64,000 nt of DNA from a virus. The stretch is taken from the IMG/VR virus record IMGVR_UViG_3300031857_000025. One strand, 5' to 3'. This document shows, piece by piece, positions 1-8,467 of the stretch (the first letter of the stretch is position 1; each line of letters begins with the position of its first letter). A program made the translations under genes and the position numbers. The notes under the pieces were generated by a model. The model was not told the origin of the DNA. It saw only the letters and a program-made list of their open reading frames with translations, and did not search any database.

Positions 1-1
1 C

Positions 2-541
2 GAAAGAGATAGTATATCATTTTATGATGGCTTTATTGCTACTGATATGAAAGCAAACACGAACTATAACTATAAGGCTAAATACATTAAAGGCAAATCA
101 ATGACCTATTCCCACGATGCTGCTAAAGAAGCGTTAAAAAAGAAAGTAGGACATGATAAAGTTTCCGCTGGAGACATTGTTATATTAAAAGGCAGATGGG
201 ATGCCACCAAGCTTCCAACATTAGAGTTAGAGGATGCTGCTAGCACCGCAGCTGCAGGAGCTACAAAAGTCGCAGGAGGTAATGTATATAGTAAAGCAGC
301 AAGTGAATTGTTCAAAAATGTAGATGAGATTCTTAAACATTACATGGTTGACGATGAATACGAGTACGAACAGTATAAACTAGGTATTAGAAAGATAAAA
401 ACTCAAGAAGATCTTACTAAATGGTATAAAAACATGAGTAAAGAATTAAAAACTGCGTATGGTTCTGATAGCGATCCAATTAAAGACATTGTAAAAGATT
501 CTTCGGCTATTGCAAAAAAGGCTGGTGTTACTCTAAAATAA
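2..541 (+). CDS. hypothetical protein, 5'-truncated
   Basis: The frame of ORF 47..541 stays open back to position 2 (ERDSISFYDGFIATDM...), so the gene probably starts upstream of the window. Confidence 0.7.
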   Translation, partial: ERDSISFYDGFIATDMKANTNYNYKAKYIKGKSMTYSHDAAKEALKKKVGHDKVSAGDIVILKGRWDATKLPTLELEDAASTAAAGATKVAGGNVYSKAASELFKNVDEILKHYMVDDEYEYEQYKLGIRKIKTQEDLTKWYKNMSKELKTAYGSDSDPIKDIVKDSSAIAKKAGVTLK

Positions 542-550
542 TAAAACAAT

Positions 551-844
551 ATGAAAAATCTTTTCCTTATGTTATCAATTGCATTAATAGCCGCGGCATG
601 TGGCCCACAAAACACATGTACATGTAAAGCATGTTTAGATCCTACTGATACTACTCAATGTTGTCCTACTGATGATAATAGAGGCGGTGGATGTTTCGTA
701 GATCCGGATATGCCTATTCCGGCCGCGAAAGATGTGATGCCTAACATACCAATGGTACCACTTCCATTAGGTCATAACCCAGAAGACATTGCTCCAATGT
801 TTGAAGAAGAAATCATCCCAGAGGATGAATTACCACAGGAATAA
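551..844 (+). CDS. Cys-rich lipoprotein
   Basis: MKNLFLMLSIALIAAA-C lipoprotein-type signal, then CTCKAC..CC..C and a Pro/acidic tail. Confidence 0.7.
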   Translation: MKNLFLMLSIALIAAACGPQNTCTCKACLDPTDTTQCCPTDDNRGGGCFVDPDMPIPAAKDVMPNIPMVPLPLGHNPEDIAPMFEEEIIPEDELPQE

Positions 845-845
845 T

Positions 846-2060
846 ATGAAATCAAAACTTAGTAACTTAGCAAAAGAAGTCCTTACAGAAGCTTGCTGGG
901 ATGGATACAAACAAATAGGAATGAAGAAGAAAGGTGACCGTCAGGTTCCAAACTGTGTTCCTATTAAAGAGTCTGAACAAGAACTAGATGAAATTTCGTT
1001 GATGACAGGCGATGCCGATCAAGCAACTAGTTTAGAATTATTAAATGAGTTTGTTGATATGGACGATAAATTCGAAAAGTTATTAATACGATTGTATGAC
1101 AGGGAACAAGTAACAACCTGGAGGAGTGATGACAAATGGTATAATGATCCAATGGTTCGCGATGCTCCAGCCGATGCACGTATAAGAGAGTATATTAAAA
1201 GTAAGGCCAAGGAAAGCCAAGGACAATTATATGTTCTCATTACTCCGAGTGATCGCGGAAGTCGTACTGTACATCATTTAATAAATTTAGCCGAGCCAGT
1301 ACGTACCATGTATGTTGGTAAAATTGAAACTGAGCCTAGTACCGGGCCGTATAGTATGAAAACCATGTTTGGTATTGATAGTCAGGTAGTACATTGGAGT
1401 AATTTTGCACAGGAATATAAAGGCTATGGTTACGGTAAGTTTTTATATGATACATTATTATATCGATATGGCACACTAGAAAGTGATAGTACTTTATATC
1501 AAGGAAGCCAGCGCATGTGGATGGGACATATGCCAAAGGTCGCTAAATTCTTTGGTGGCGTAGTTAAGAATCCAGAAGGTTGGGGCGGCGGAAGTCAGTC
1601 AGAGTATCCTACATTGGTTGTTCCATTAACAGCCGAAGATGTTGCGGATAAAGCATTTATACGTGATGATATAGGATCACTTGTAGCATTCCATAGTAGT
1701 ATACCGACTCAGGTTAAAAAAGTTGCTGCGTTATCTAAAGGATTAAGTTATCGTAACGGTTCATTAGGAATTGCATTTTACGAATTGTCTATTAAAGACA
1801 AAATTGATGACAGAGAAGAGCGAGGAAATCGATATAATGATGATGGTGAACGACAAAGCGAAGATGAAACCTTCATTGAGTGGTTAGACTCGGAACAAGG
1901 CCAAACTAGTTATGAAGAAATAATTACAGCACTATATGATTTATATGATATGTCATCTAAAATAGACTTTGACAAAGCTAAAGTAGTATTTGTAGTAGCA
2001 CAAGATGCTACCGTTATTATAACCAAAAAAGGTAGTAGTTACGACTATGCATTATTATGA
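846..2060 (+). CDS. putative internal head protein with GNAT-like acetyltransferase domain
   Basis: Likely start ATG 846 (MKSKLSNLAKEVLTE). Has the CWDGYKQIGMKKKGDRQVPNCVP module seen in T4-like head-associated proteins and GNAT motif A YKGYGYGKFLY...LESDSTL. Confidence 0.6.
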   Translation: MKSKLSNLAKEVLTEACWDGYKQIGMKKKGDRQVPNCVPIKESEQELDEISLMTGDADQATSLELLNEFVDMDDKFEKLLIRLYDREQVTTWRSDDKWYNDPMVRDAPADARIREYIKSKAKESQGQLYVLITPSDRGSRTVHHLINLAEPVRTMYVGKIETEPSTGPYSMKTMFGIDSQVVHWSNFAQEYKGYGYGKFLYDTLLYRYGTLESDSTLYQGSQRMWMGHMPKVAKFFGGVVKNPEGWGGGSQSEYPTLVVPLTAEDVADKAFIRDDIGSLVAFHSSIPTQVKKVAALSKGLSYRNGSLGIAFYELSIKDKIDDREERGNRYNDDGERQSEDETFIEWLDSEQGQTSYEEIITALYDLYDMSSKIDFDKAKVVFVVAQDATVIITKKGSSYDYALL

Positions 2061-2704
2061 TAAAACTAAGTGAAATACTAAAAGAGATAGGCGAAGGCAC
2101 TGCCGAACCATTCAAATGGCGTGCCGTAGATAAAGCTGATCAGAAAATTGTAACACATGCTAAATCACTACAACCATTTGGAAGTGGCGAGCATAAAACA
2201 CAATTCAGAGTAACTTATTTAGCACAAGGTACAGTTTTATATAACATATCATTTCTAACAGTTATTAGACGCGGAATACATTTTAAAAAGCCAGGAGCTC
2301 CTGAAACGGCTTGGTCACCAAATGGTAAAGTATTAATTGACGCTAATATATCGTTTAGTACTATGAATGATGCTAACGATCAAATGCCTGAAACTAATCT
2401 AAATGAACAATATCAGTTAATGGCTACAGTAATGGAATGTATTGAAGATTACGTTAAACGCTTGGAAGGGTTAAAGGTAGAAGTTGCTGGCGGCAAAGAG
2501 CATACATGTGTGATTTATAAATTATATGTAGTACCTAAATCTGATATAGAAGCTGGCCCTCAATTGGATAGTCGCCGTGGTCGTTTATATAAAGCATTCT
2601 TACAAAAAAATCTAAATAAGCTTCCATTTAAAATGACAATTGATACGGGTAGTGATAATGACTACTTTGAATTGGTACGAGATACTGATAGCTATAAACC
2701 GTAA
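2057..2704 (+). CDS. hypothetical, putative internal head protein
   Basis: N-terminal MIKLSEILKE leader; ATGA overlap with the upstream gene. Confidence 0.6.
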   Translation: MIKLSEILKEIGEGTAEPFKWRAVDKADQKIVTHAKSLQPFGSGEHKTQFRVTYLAQGTVLYNISFLTVIRRGIHFKKPGAPETAWSPNGKVLIDANISFSTMNDANDQMPETNLNEQYQLMATVMECIEDYVKRLEGLKVEVAGGKEHTCVIYKLYVVPKSDIEAGPQLDSRRGRLYKAFLQKNLNKLPFKMTIDTGSDNDYFELVRDTDSYKP

Positions 2705-2711
2705 TATTTAT
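2704..2711 (+). promoter_or_regulatory. putative late promoter ATATTTAT
   Basis: One of about 17 intergenic copies lying shortly upstream of start codons. Confidence 0.6.
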
Positions 2712-2725
2712 TAGAAAGATTAGTC

Positions 2726-2986
2726 ATGGCAAATAAAAATATAAAACTTACGTCTCTACTCCCAAAGGTAAATGAAGGCCAAGCAGAAACTGAGAACTAT
2801 ATGTTCTTTAGTAATATGGAGCAAATGAGACGACAAATAGATATACTGTTACAAATTGATCCACAGGTTATAGAAATGGTTTTACAAAACGGTCATAGTT
2901 GGGCCGAAGATCATATCACTGTGGCCAAAGAAAATATGGACCAGGTGTTTGATTTTTTAATGAATGAATTAAACAAAGGTAAGTAA
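2726..2986 (+). CDS. hypothetical, putative internal head protein
   Basis: IKLTSLLPKVNE leader; 86 aa. Confidence 0.6.
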   Translation: MANKNIKLTSLLPKVNEGQAETENYMFFSNMEQMRRQIDILLQIDPQVIEMVLQNGHSWAEDHITVAKENMDQVFDFLMNELNKGK

Positions 2987-3214
2987 ATGAATTTCTTAAA
3001 ATCATTGTTACAGGACGAGGCTGGGCAACAATCTACTAAACGTATTTTAGCAATTATCGGTACATTATTTTTATGTATCACCATGATGGCAAACTCCTAT
3101 TCTCATGAGTCAATTAAACCATCTACAGAACTAGTTTCTGCAGTTGAAGTTATTGTTTGTGTTTGTATTGGAGCTACATCATTAGATAAATTTGCCGGAC
3201 GTAAAGAATCCTAA
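2987..3214 (+). CDS. small two-TM membrane protein, holin-like
   Basis: Two hydrophobic segments and a charged C-terminus; 75 aa. Confidence 0.4.
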   Translation: MNFLKSLLQDEAGQQSTKRILAIIGTLFLCITMMANSYSHESIKPSTELVSAVEVIVCVCIGATSLDKFAGRKES

Positions 3215-3226
3215 TGAAGTACTGAA

Positions 3227-3520
3227 ATGTTAATATTACTATGCATATTAGTTATTATATCAACAATAATATCTAATGTGTATAGTATTATAACATGGAG
3301 ATCTCAGTTACAATTATCATATCAAAAACCATATTGGATAGTTCAGAAAAAATTCTTAAAATGGTGGGTAACCGGTACCATTAATGGACAACCGGTTGCA
3401 TATGAATCTGAACGACATGCGCGACTATTTATGCGTAATCATTGGAAAACTAAACAACGACGTTTAGGAAAAAGAGAAACAATTTCTATAAAAAATCTGG
3501 ACAAATATTTGGATAACTGA
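3227..3520 (+). CDS. hypothetical membrane-anchored protein
   Basis: N-terminal hydrophobic helix. Confidence 0.5.
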   Translation: MLILLCILVIISTIISNVYSIITWRSQLQLSYQKPYWIVQKKFLKWWVTGTINGQPVAYESERHARLFMRNHWKTKQRRLGKRETISIKNLDKYLDN

Positions 3521-3539
3521 AAGATTATTCTTATCTTTA
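3508..3539 (+). promoter_or_regulatory. Bacteroidota-type sigma70 promoter (-33 TTTG / -7 TATCTTTA)
   Basis: TTTG 3508-3511, 20 nt spacer, TATCTTTA 3532-3539. Confidence 0.65.
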
Positions 3540-3545
3540 TAGTCT

Positions 3546-3914
3546 ATGAGTAAACCAGTAAAACTTAAAGTAAATGACCGTGTACGTATCTTTTGGTTCG
3601 GTACACATTACAAGGGAACGGTCACCCGATTACGTGAAGAATTAGGTGTAGATGTACAGTTAGATCATGATGTATTTTTACCGAGATGTCAGTGGAAAAT
3701 TGTGGAAGCAAAGAAGAGAGCACCATGGTATATCATGGAAAAATTACCTGCTACAGATACCATAAAAGCACCAATAATACCTGTAAAAATGGCGGAAAAA
3801 CCTGTCAAGAAAATCACTAGTGTTACCGATCTTTTTGATGAAAATTCCAAGACAGAACTAGAAAAAACATTTGAAACTCAAAAGAAATTTACCCGTGGAA
3901 AAGTTAAAAAATGA
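3546..3914 (+). CDS. hypothetical protein (SH3/KOW-like N-terminus)
   Basis: LKVNDRVRI...YKGTVT pattern; directly behind a host-type promoter. Confidence 0.6.
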   Translation: MSKPVKLKVNDRVRIFWFGTHYKGTVTRLREELGVDVQLDHDVFLPRCQWKIVEAKKRAPWYIMEKLPATDTIKAPIIPVKMAEKPVKKITSVTDLFDENSKTELEKTFETQKKFTRGKVKK

Positions 3915-4236
3915 CCCATTTCCTTACTGTCATTTATACTATGTACATGTAGGTAATAATCACGGAAGGACCTGGATATTTTATCCTTTGCATTGTGATT
4001 ATCCTAACCCAATGGATAAGCGTAATATCAGTGAAATTCGCCGGAGACTTGGCTGGACATCTACCCCTATGGAGATATTTAAAATAAAACTCATAAAAAA
4101 GGATTACAATGGCCAAAGTCAAAACCAGCAGCGCCTCAAACTTCATAAAGAAGCCGCGCAAAAAGCGTCCCGGAATTCATTCAAAATGCCGCCACTCGAA
4201 ATTAAAAGGCTCAAAGAGATACAAGAAGGTATATAG
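3871..4236 (+). CDS. hypothetical protein (uncertain; overlaps both neighbours)
   Basis: Fills the gap 3914-4109 but needs a TTG/GTG start and overlaps the next gene by 128 nt. Confidence 0.3.
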   Translation: MKLKRNLPVEKLKNDPFPYCHLYYVHVGNNHGRTWIFYPLHCDYPNPMDKRNISEIRRRLGWTSTPMEIFKIKLIKKDYNGQSQNQQRLKLHKEAAQKASRNSFKMPPLEIKRLKEIQEGI

Positions 4237-4255
4237 GGGTCAAGGCCGGGTATAA
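4109..4255 (+). CDS. small very basic protein ending YRGQGRV (not in ORF track)
   Basis: Translated by hand: MAKVKTSSASNFIKKPRKKRPGIHSKCRHSKLKGSKRYKKVYRGQGRV; AAGGA upstream. Confidence 0.7.
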   Translation: MAKVKTSSASNFIKKPRKKRPGIHSKCRHSKLKGSKRYKKVYRGQGRV

Positions 4256-4281
4256 TTGGTATAACTTAATATTTATATAAA

Positions 4282-4518
4282 ATGATAGAATTAATAAACA
4301 TAAATACAGGTCAGGAATTCTACGGTGAAGAATTAGAATACTTTATCGATGATGATAATGCCATCGGAGAGGTATATCTTGATGGTGATTTAATTTTTCA
4401 ACATGTAGAATGTTATTCCGAAGATCAGCTTAAAAAACAATTATATACAGAGTTTGCGGTCCGTTATGATATAGATGATGATAACATTTATATGGACCAA
4501 GATGAGTATGAGTTATAA
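4282..4518 (+). CDS. small acidic hypothetical protein
   Basis: 78 aa, D/E-rich; ATATTTAT at 4269-4276 upstream. Confidence 0.6.
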   Translation: MIELININTGQEFYGEELEYFIDDDNAIGEVYLDGDLIFQHVECYSEDQLKKQLYTEFAVRYDIDDDNIYMDQDEYEL

Positions 4519-4537
4519 ATAAAAAAAAAGGAGTGTT

Positions 4538-4720
4538 ATGACAACATTAGAGCTATTTGATCAAATGAAAACTTTATGGACTGAGTTCGAAGACAACCAT
4601 CTTAAGTTCACTGAAAAGGGTAATAAAGCTGCTGCTACCAGAGCTAGAAAATCTATCGGTGATATTAAGAAGTTAGTTACAGAATACCGTAAAGAATCTG
4701 TTAACGAATCTAAAAAGTAA
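4538..4720 (+). CDS. histone H1-like protein, Hc1 family
   Basis: KGNKAAATRARKS...KKLVTEYRKES matches the short Hc1 family motif GNKAAxxRARK; AGGAG SD. Confidence 0.8.
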   Translation: MTTLELFDQMKTLWTEFEDNHLKFTEKGNKAAATRARKSIGDIKKLVTEYRKESVNESKK

Positions 4721-4753
4721 ACCTATTCTATTGGATCAAAATTTAAGGATAAT

Positions 4754-5143
4754 ATGAAAGATTTAAAAGAAAAACTTAGAAATTTAATTTCAGAAGAAAT
4801 TGCCAGTGTCATGATGGAAGCCTCAGGAAGAGCTGGTGGATTGCTTAATCCTAAAGATTTTGATCCAGTAGATCCTGAGGTTCATATTACCGGATATGGT
4901 ACTATGAGCAGATCGGCATTACGTGAAGAAATTGCACGTAGATTGGAAATGCTAACTAAATCAGCAAAAGAAGCAGCTGCTGCAGAAACGTCATATGCTA
5001 ACTATGAATCCATGTTACCATTGTTAACAGAGAAAGGAATGATAGCATCATTGATTCGTGCTGAGCTAGCTGTTGCTGATGAAATGGAAGCTATACGTAC
5101 ACAAGGTGGTAGAAGAACTACACCTATCCCAAAACAAAAATAA
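4754..5143 (+). CDS. hypothetical, putative internal head protein
   Basis: LRNLISEEIASVMME leader. Confidence 0.6.
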   Translation: MKDLKEKLRNLISEEIASVMMEASGRAGGLLNPKDFDPVDPEVHITGYGTMSRSALREEIARRLEMLTKSAKEAAAAETSYANYESMLPLLTEKGMIASLIRAELAVADEMEAIRTQGGRRTTPIPKQK

Positions 5144-5160
5144 ACTTTTCTTAAAAAAGA

Positions 5161-5192
5161 TTTGGATATTTAGAAATCAGTTATTATATTTA
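5161..5192 (+). promoter_or_regulatory. Bacteroidota-type sigma70 promoter
   Basis: TTTG 5161-5164, 20 nt spacer, TATATTTA 5185-5192. Confidence 0.65.
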
Positions 5193-5216
5193 AGTATAAA
5201 TTAAAATTAATTAGTT

Positions 5217-5414
5217 ATGTATTACATTGGTAAAGTAAAAATTGCAACAGATTCCCCTAAGGGTGGAGTAAAATGGTCAACCGAAACTTATTTGGTTCAA
5301 GCGGAGACCGTAACGCATGCAGAAGCGTTGATTGTTAAGGACTTTGAAGGTTCTGGTATTGAATTTGATGTTAAGTCAGTTTCAGCTAGTAAAATTTGTA
5401 AAGTAATTAAATAA
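5217..5414 (+). CDS. DUF4494-like protein
   Basis: YIGKVK...ETYLVQAETVTHAEA resembles the Bacteroidota DUF4494 motif E.YLVDA.S.TEAEA. Confidence 0.65.
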   Translation: MYYIGKVKIATDSPKGGVKWSTETYLVQAETVTHAEALIVKDFEGSGIEFDVKSVSASKICKVIK

Positions 5415-5424
5415 TCAAAAGGAG

Positions 5425-5772
5425 ATGCGTTATAAACAAGGAGATTTAGTAGTATTCAACTACAGCGGTACTAATCAAGTAGGATTGGTAACAAACGTAA
5501 GAACTAAGAAAGGTGTTTCTACCTATGATATTCGTTCTGAAAAAGGTTCTTGCCATTTAATGGTTCCGGTAAACAATAGTAAAGCCGATATCTGGATTAA
5601 TTCAAAATTAACTCAAATCTGGACTAATACTGGTGGTGATAATAACATGTGGATTGACCGTAAGTATGGTCATACTATTGCAAATTATTCGCCTGAATTA
5701 GAACTTGACGAGTTTCATTTTGAAAAGAATAATGACTTCGTATTTAAAACAGTTGGACCAAGATCTTATTAA
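5425..5772 (+). CDS. hypothetical protein (KOW/SH3-like start)
   Basis: YKQGDLVVF...GLVTNV. Confidence 0.6.
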   Translation: MRYKQGDLVVFNYSGTNQVGLVTNVRTKKGVSTYDIRSEKGSCHLMVPVNNSKADIWINSKLTQIWTNTGGDNNMWIDRKYGHTIANYSPELELDEFHFEKNNDFVFKTVGPRSY

Positions 5773-5773
5773 G

Positions 5774-6043
5774 ATGACACGAGAACAGAAAAGAGTTTTA
5801 AAGGATTATCCTAATGCTAAACTAACCGTCGATGACAATGGTAATTATATCATTGTCAACGGCGATGTTTTCCTAGCCGAAGATTATTATATGCCAGATG
5901 CATATGATCCAGAAACAGCATGGAAATATGCAGCAGTAGCATGTCGTACCACTCAAAATTTCAATAGAACACATCCGGACCGTATGGATATGTCTGATAT
6001 CGAAAATAAAATTATGCGTATCAATAAACGATTAAATCGATGA
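5774..6043 (+). CDS. hypothetical protein
   Basis: ATG 5774 immediately after the previous stop. Confidence 0.6.
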   Translation: MTREQKRVLKDYPNAKLTVDDNGNYIIVNGDVFLAEDYYMPDAYDPETAWKYAAVACRTTQNFNRTHPDRMDMSDIENKIMRINKRLNR

Positions 6044-6771
6044 ACATGTTAAATAATATAAAAAATACAATAAACAATTTGAAACAAAAATTATCACCAG
6101 ATCAAATTGAATTAGAGCCTATACAAAAAACAGTTTTAATTCGTGACAATCAAGATGATGTACCGGTACCTGCCGATGAACTAACTGAAATGCCAGAGGT
6201 TGATACGGGTTATTTATTACATTCATCTGAAATTGTCGGATATGATACAAGAGAACATCAGTGGAATACGTACCGTACTGCCATGGCATATATGGGAGAA
6301 GGCGATTCGGTATTAGATTTTGGTTGTGGTCGTGGAGATTTTAAAGCCGTATATGAATCAGAAACAGGTAATGAACTAGATTATATCGGACTTGAATTAA
6401 ACCAAGCTATGATAGACGCGTCTGCAGAACTATATCCTACATATGATATACAAAAGACAGATTGGTTTAAAATACCAGAAGCATTAATGGCAGATTGGTG
6501 TGTTAATATTCATTCTCTTAATTTGCGATATGATGCTGATCTTACTAAAGATGATAATCAATATAAATTAGCGACAATAGAGCAAATGTATAAACATGCT
6601 AACAAAGGAGTTATTGTAATGCTAGCATCAGATATCATTTCTAAAGATGATGGATTAATTGCGTCTAATCCAGGTGAACTATTAAATTGGGCGCAAAAAG
6701 AATTTGGCAATGTGGCATTAGATCATACCTTCTCGGATGAACTATTTGCATTGATTATATATAAATCTTAA
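6040..6771 (+). CDS. class I SAM-dependent methyltransferase
   Basis: SVLDFGCGRGD motif I, YIGLEL motif II. Confidence 0.8.
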   Translation: MNMLNNIKNTINNLKQKLSPDQIELEPIQKTVLIRDNQDDVPVPADELTEMPEVDTGYLLHSSEIVGYDTREHQWNTYRTAMAYMGEGDSVLDFGCGRGDFKAVYESETGNELDYIGLELNQAMIDASAELYPTYDIQKTDWFKIPEALMADWCVNIHSLNLRYDADLTKDDNQYKLATIEQMYKHANKGVIVMLASDIISKDDGLIASNPGELLNWAQKEFGNVALDHTFSDELFALIIYKS

Positions 6772-6782
6772 AACTTAAAACA

Positions 6783-7055
6783 ATGAGTATTAACAACAGA
6801 TTCGCAGTAGATCAAAACAAAACAAAACGTTATGGACAGTACTACGGAGGTATTGACTTTGAAGTAAATGAGGCTGTATCAGCAAAGGTATTTGCAAATA
6901 ATCCTAGTAAGCCGCCAGTAGGAGAGTTTATTATTGGTAACCGTAATTTTGAAGTTACTATCGATGAACTTGAACTTATCGAGCAGACAGCTAAGGATGC
7001 ACGCGAAACAATCATGAAACGTTACCGTCTTGGTTTGATGGGTCATCTGAGCTAA
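6783..7055 (+). CDS. hypothetical protein
   Basis: 90 aa ORF in operon context. Confidence 0.6.
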   Translation: MSINNRFAVDQNKTKRYGQYYGGIDFEVNEAVSAKVFANNPSKPPVGEFIIGNRNFEVTIDELELIEQTAKDARETIMKRYRLGLMGHLS

Positions 7056-7082
7056 TAACGATATTTATTAGAAAGGACCAGT

Positions 7083-7283
7083 ATGGAATTTAGCTCACAA
7101 GAGAAAATGGAAATACGAAAACTTTTAGAGCTGCAAGATTCAGAATCGCGATTAATTAGACTAAAACAGTTTTTAAGTAGTCGCAATTCTGAGCTTAAAG
7201 CTGAGGGGGTTGATTATACCTATTTAGCAACACAAATGGTACGAGAACATGAATCTAAAAGACCTCGTTATACAAGAAAATGA
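7083..7283 (+). CDS. hypothetical protein
   Basis: ATATTTAT 7061-7068 and AAGGA upstream. Confidence 0.6.
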   Translation: MEFSSQEKMEIRKLLELQDSESRLIRLKQFLSSRNSELKAEGVDYTYLATQMVREHESKRPRYTRK

Positions 7284-7662
7284 ATTTGATATTTTCGTTG
7301 CATTAGATCCTTCACAAAAAATTCAATTTGTTTGGGATGCATTGCAAGATGGTATTGAACATGCAGTTGAACGTCAATTACATGATCTTAATTCTGGTAA
7401 TAAAGGTCGTGGGATTGCATTGGTTCAACTACAAGTAATTCGTGTTGGTAATCAAACATTGAATGTAATGACAGTCGGTAACATTGTTATACTTAATTGC
7501 GATAATTTACGTATCATACGTAGATTTGTACGTAATATGTGGAACAATGGTACCGTGTTATTACGTCGTCCTGATATACGTAAAACAAAGTCACAAGACA
7601 TGTTCAAGTATTTTTTAGCATATGAAATAATAGGTTCCGGCCAGATTATTTGCGATAACTAA
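7249..7662 (+). CDS. hypothetical protein
   Basis: 137 aa ORF. Confidence 0.55.
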   Translation: MNLKDLVIQENEFDIFVALDPSQKIQFVWDALQDGIEHAVERQLHDLNSGNKGRGIALVQLQVIRVGNQTLNVMTVGNIVILNCDNLRIIRRFVRNMWNNGTVLLRRPDIRKTKSQDMFKYFLAYEIIGSGQIICDN

Positions 7663-7675
7663 TATATTATAGAAA

Positions 7676-8166
7676 TTAATGATACTATGGGTCAGTAATT
7701 TTTTTAATTAATAACATAAACCATCTTAGGAGGTAAACATGAGTACATTTGAACACTTTGATCTTTTGGTCAGAAACTTTTTTGATTCAACTGCTGAATT
7801 TAGATCCGCATTTGATTCTAAAATACAATATCCAGTAGACATTTATGAAACAGCATCTGGTATTGTTTTTGAAATAGCAGCTGTAGGAGCTGATAAAGAA
7901 GATATCGCTATATCAACCCAAGGCGATGTTTTAAGAGTTACATATAATAAAGAAATAGCCAGATCTGGCAATTATATTAAGCAATCTATTGCCAAACGTA
8001 ACTTCGATTTAGGGTGGAGATTATCATCTAAATTTGACTTAGGTAAAATTGAGGCTAAATTAGAGAAAGGATTACTGCATTTAGAAATTCCTTATATATC
8101 TAAAGCAACACCTAAAACAATTGAAATTAAGTAATAAGTTATAGTAACTGACCCGTAGATCATTAA
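7676..8166 (+). repeat. inverted repeat flanking hsp20 (arms 7676-7696 and 8147-8166)
   Basis: TTAATGATACTATGGGTCAGT pairs with ACTGACCCGTAGATCATTAA with one bulged A and one U-G wobble. Confidence 0.85.
7739..8134 (+). CDS. small heat shock protein, Hsp20/alpha-crystallin family
   Basis: YPVDIYE...FEIAAVGADKEDI...IAKRNF...IEAKLEKGLLHLEIP...PKTIEIK; AGGAGG SD. Confidence 0.92.
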   Translation: MSTFEHFDLLVRNFFDSTAEFRSAFDSKIQYPVDIYETASGIVFEIAAVGADKEDIAISTQGDVLRVTYNKEIARSGNYIKQSIAKRNFDLGWRLSSKFDLGKIEAKLEKGLLHLEIPYISKATPKTIEIK

Positions 8167-8207
8167 CTTTTACTTGATATCCGAACAAATAACCCCCATT
8201 TTACAGT

Positions 8208-8417
8208 ATGAATTTAATAGTATTCCAGGATAAATTATACTACGTTAAACGAACGGTATTAGAGTCAAAATTAAGACCCGATTTTAATAATGATACGTTC
8301 CGTCAATGGACTAGAACAGATATAATATTACGTAAAGATGGTATTATATATGCATGTGAATTAATTGCAGATGCTGTTATTGAATCAGAAACTTCCGAAA
8401 ACTTTTTTGGTGAATAA
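8208..8417 (+). CDS. hypothetical protein
   Basis: 69 aa ORF. Confidence 0.55.
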   Translation: MNLIVFQDKLYYVKRTVLESKLRPDFNNDTFRQWTRTDIILRKDGIIYACELIADAVIESETSENFFGE

Positions 8418-8449
8418 TTTGGATTCGTACATCAATGTACTTATCTTTA
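8418..8449 (+). promoter_or_regulatory. Bacteroidota-type sigma70 promoter
   Basis: TTTG 8418-8421, 20 nt spacer, TATCTTTA 8442-8449. Confidence 0.65.
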
Positions 8450-8467
8450 AGATCTAAATTAAAATAT

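Noticed and set aside
7676-8166. Transposon or invertible element around hsp20
   Set aside because: No transposase, recombinase or target duplication seen; the mismatch pattern fits RNA pairing better
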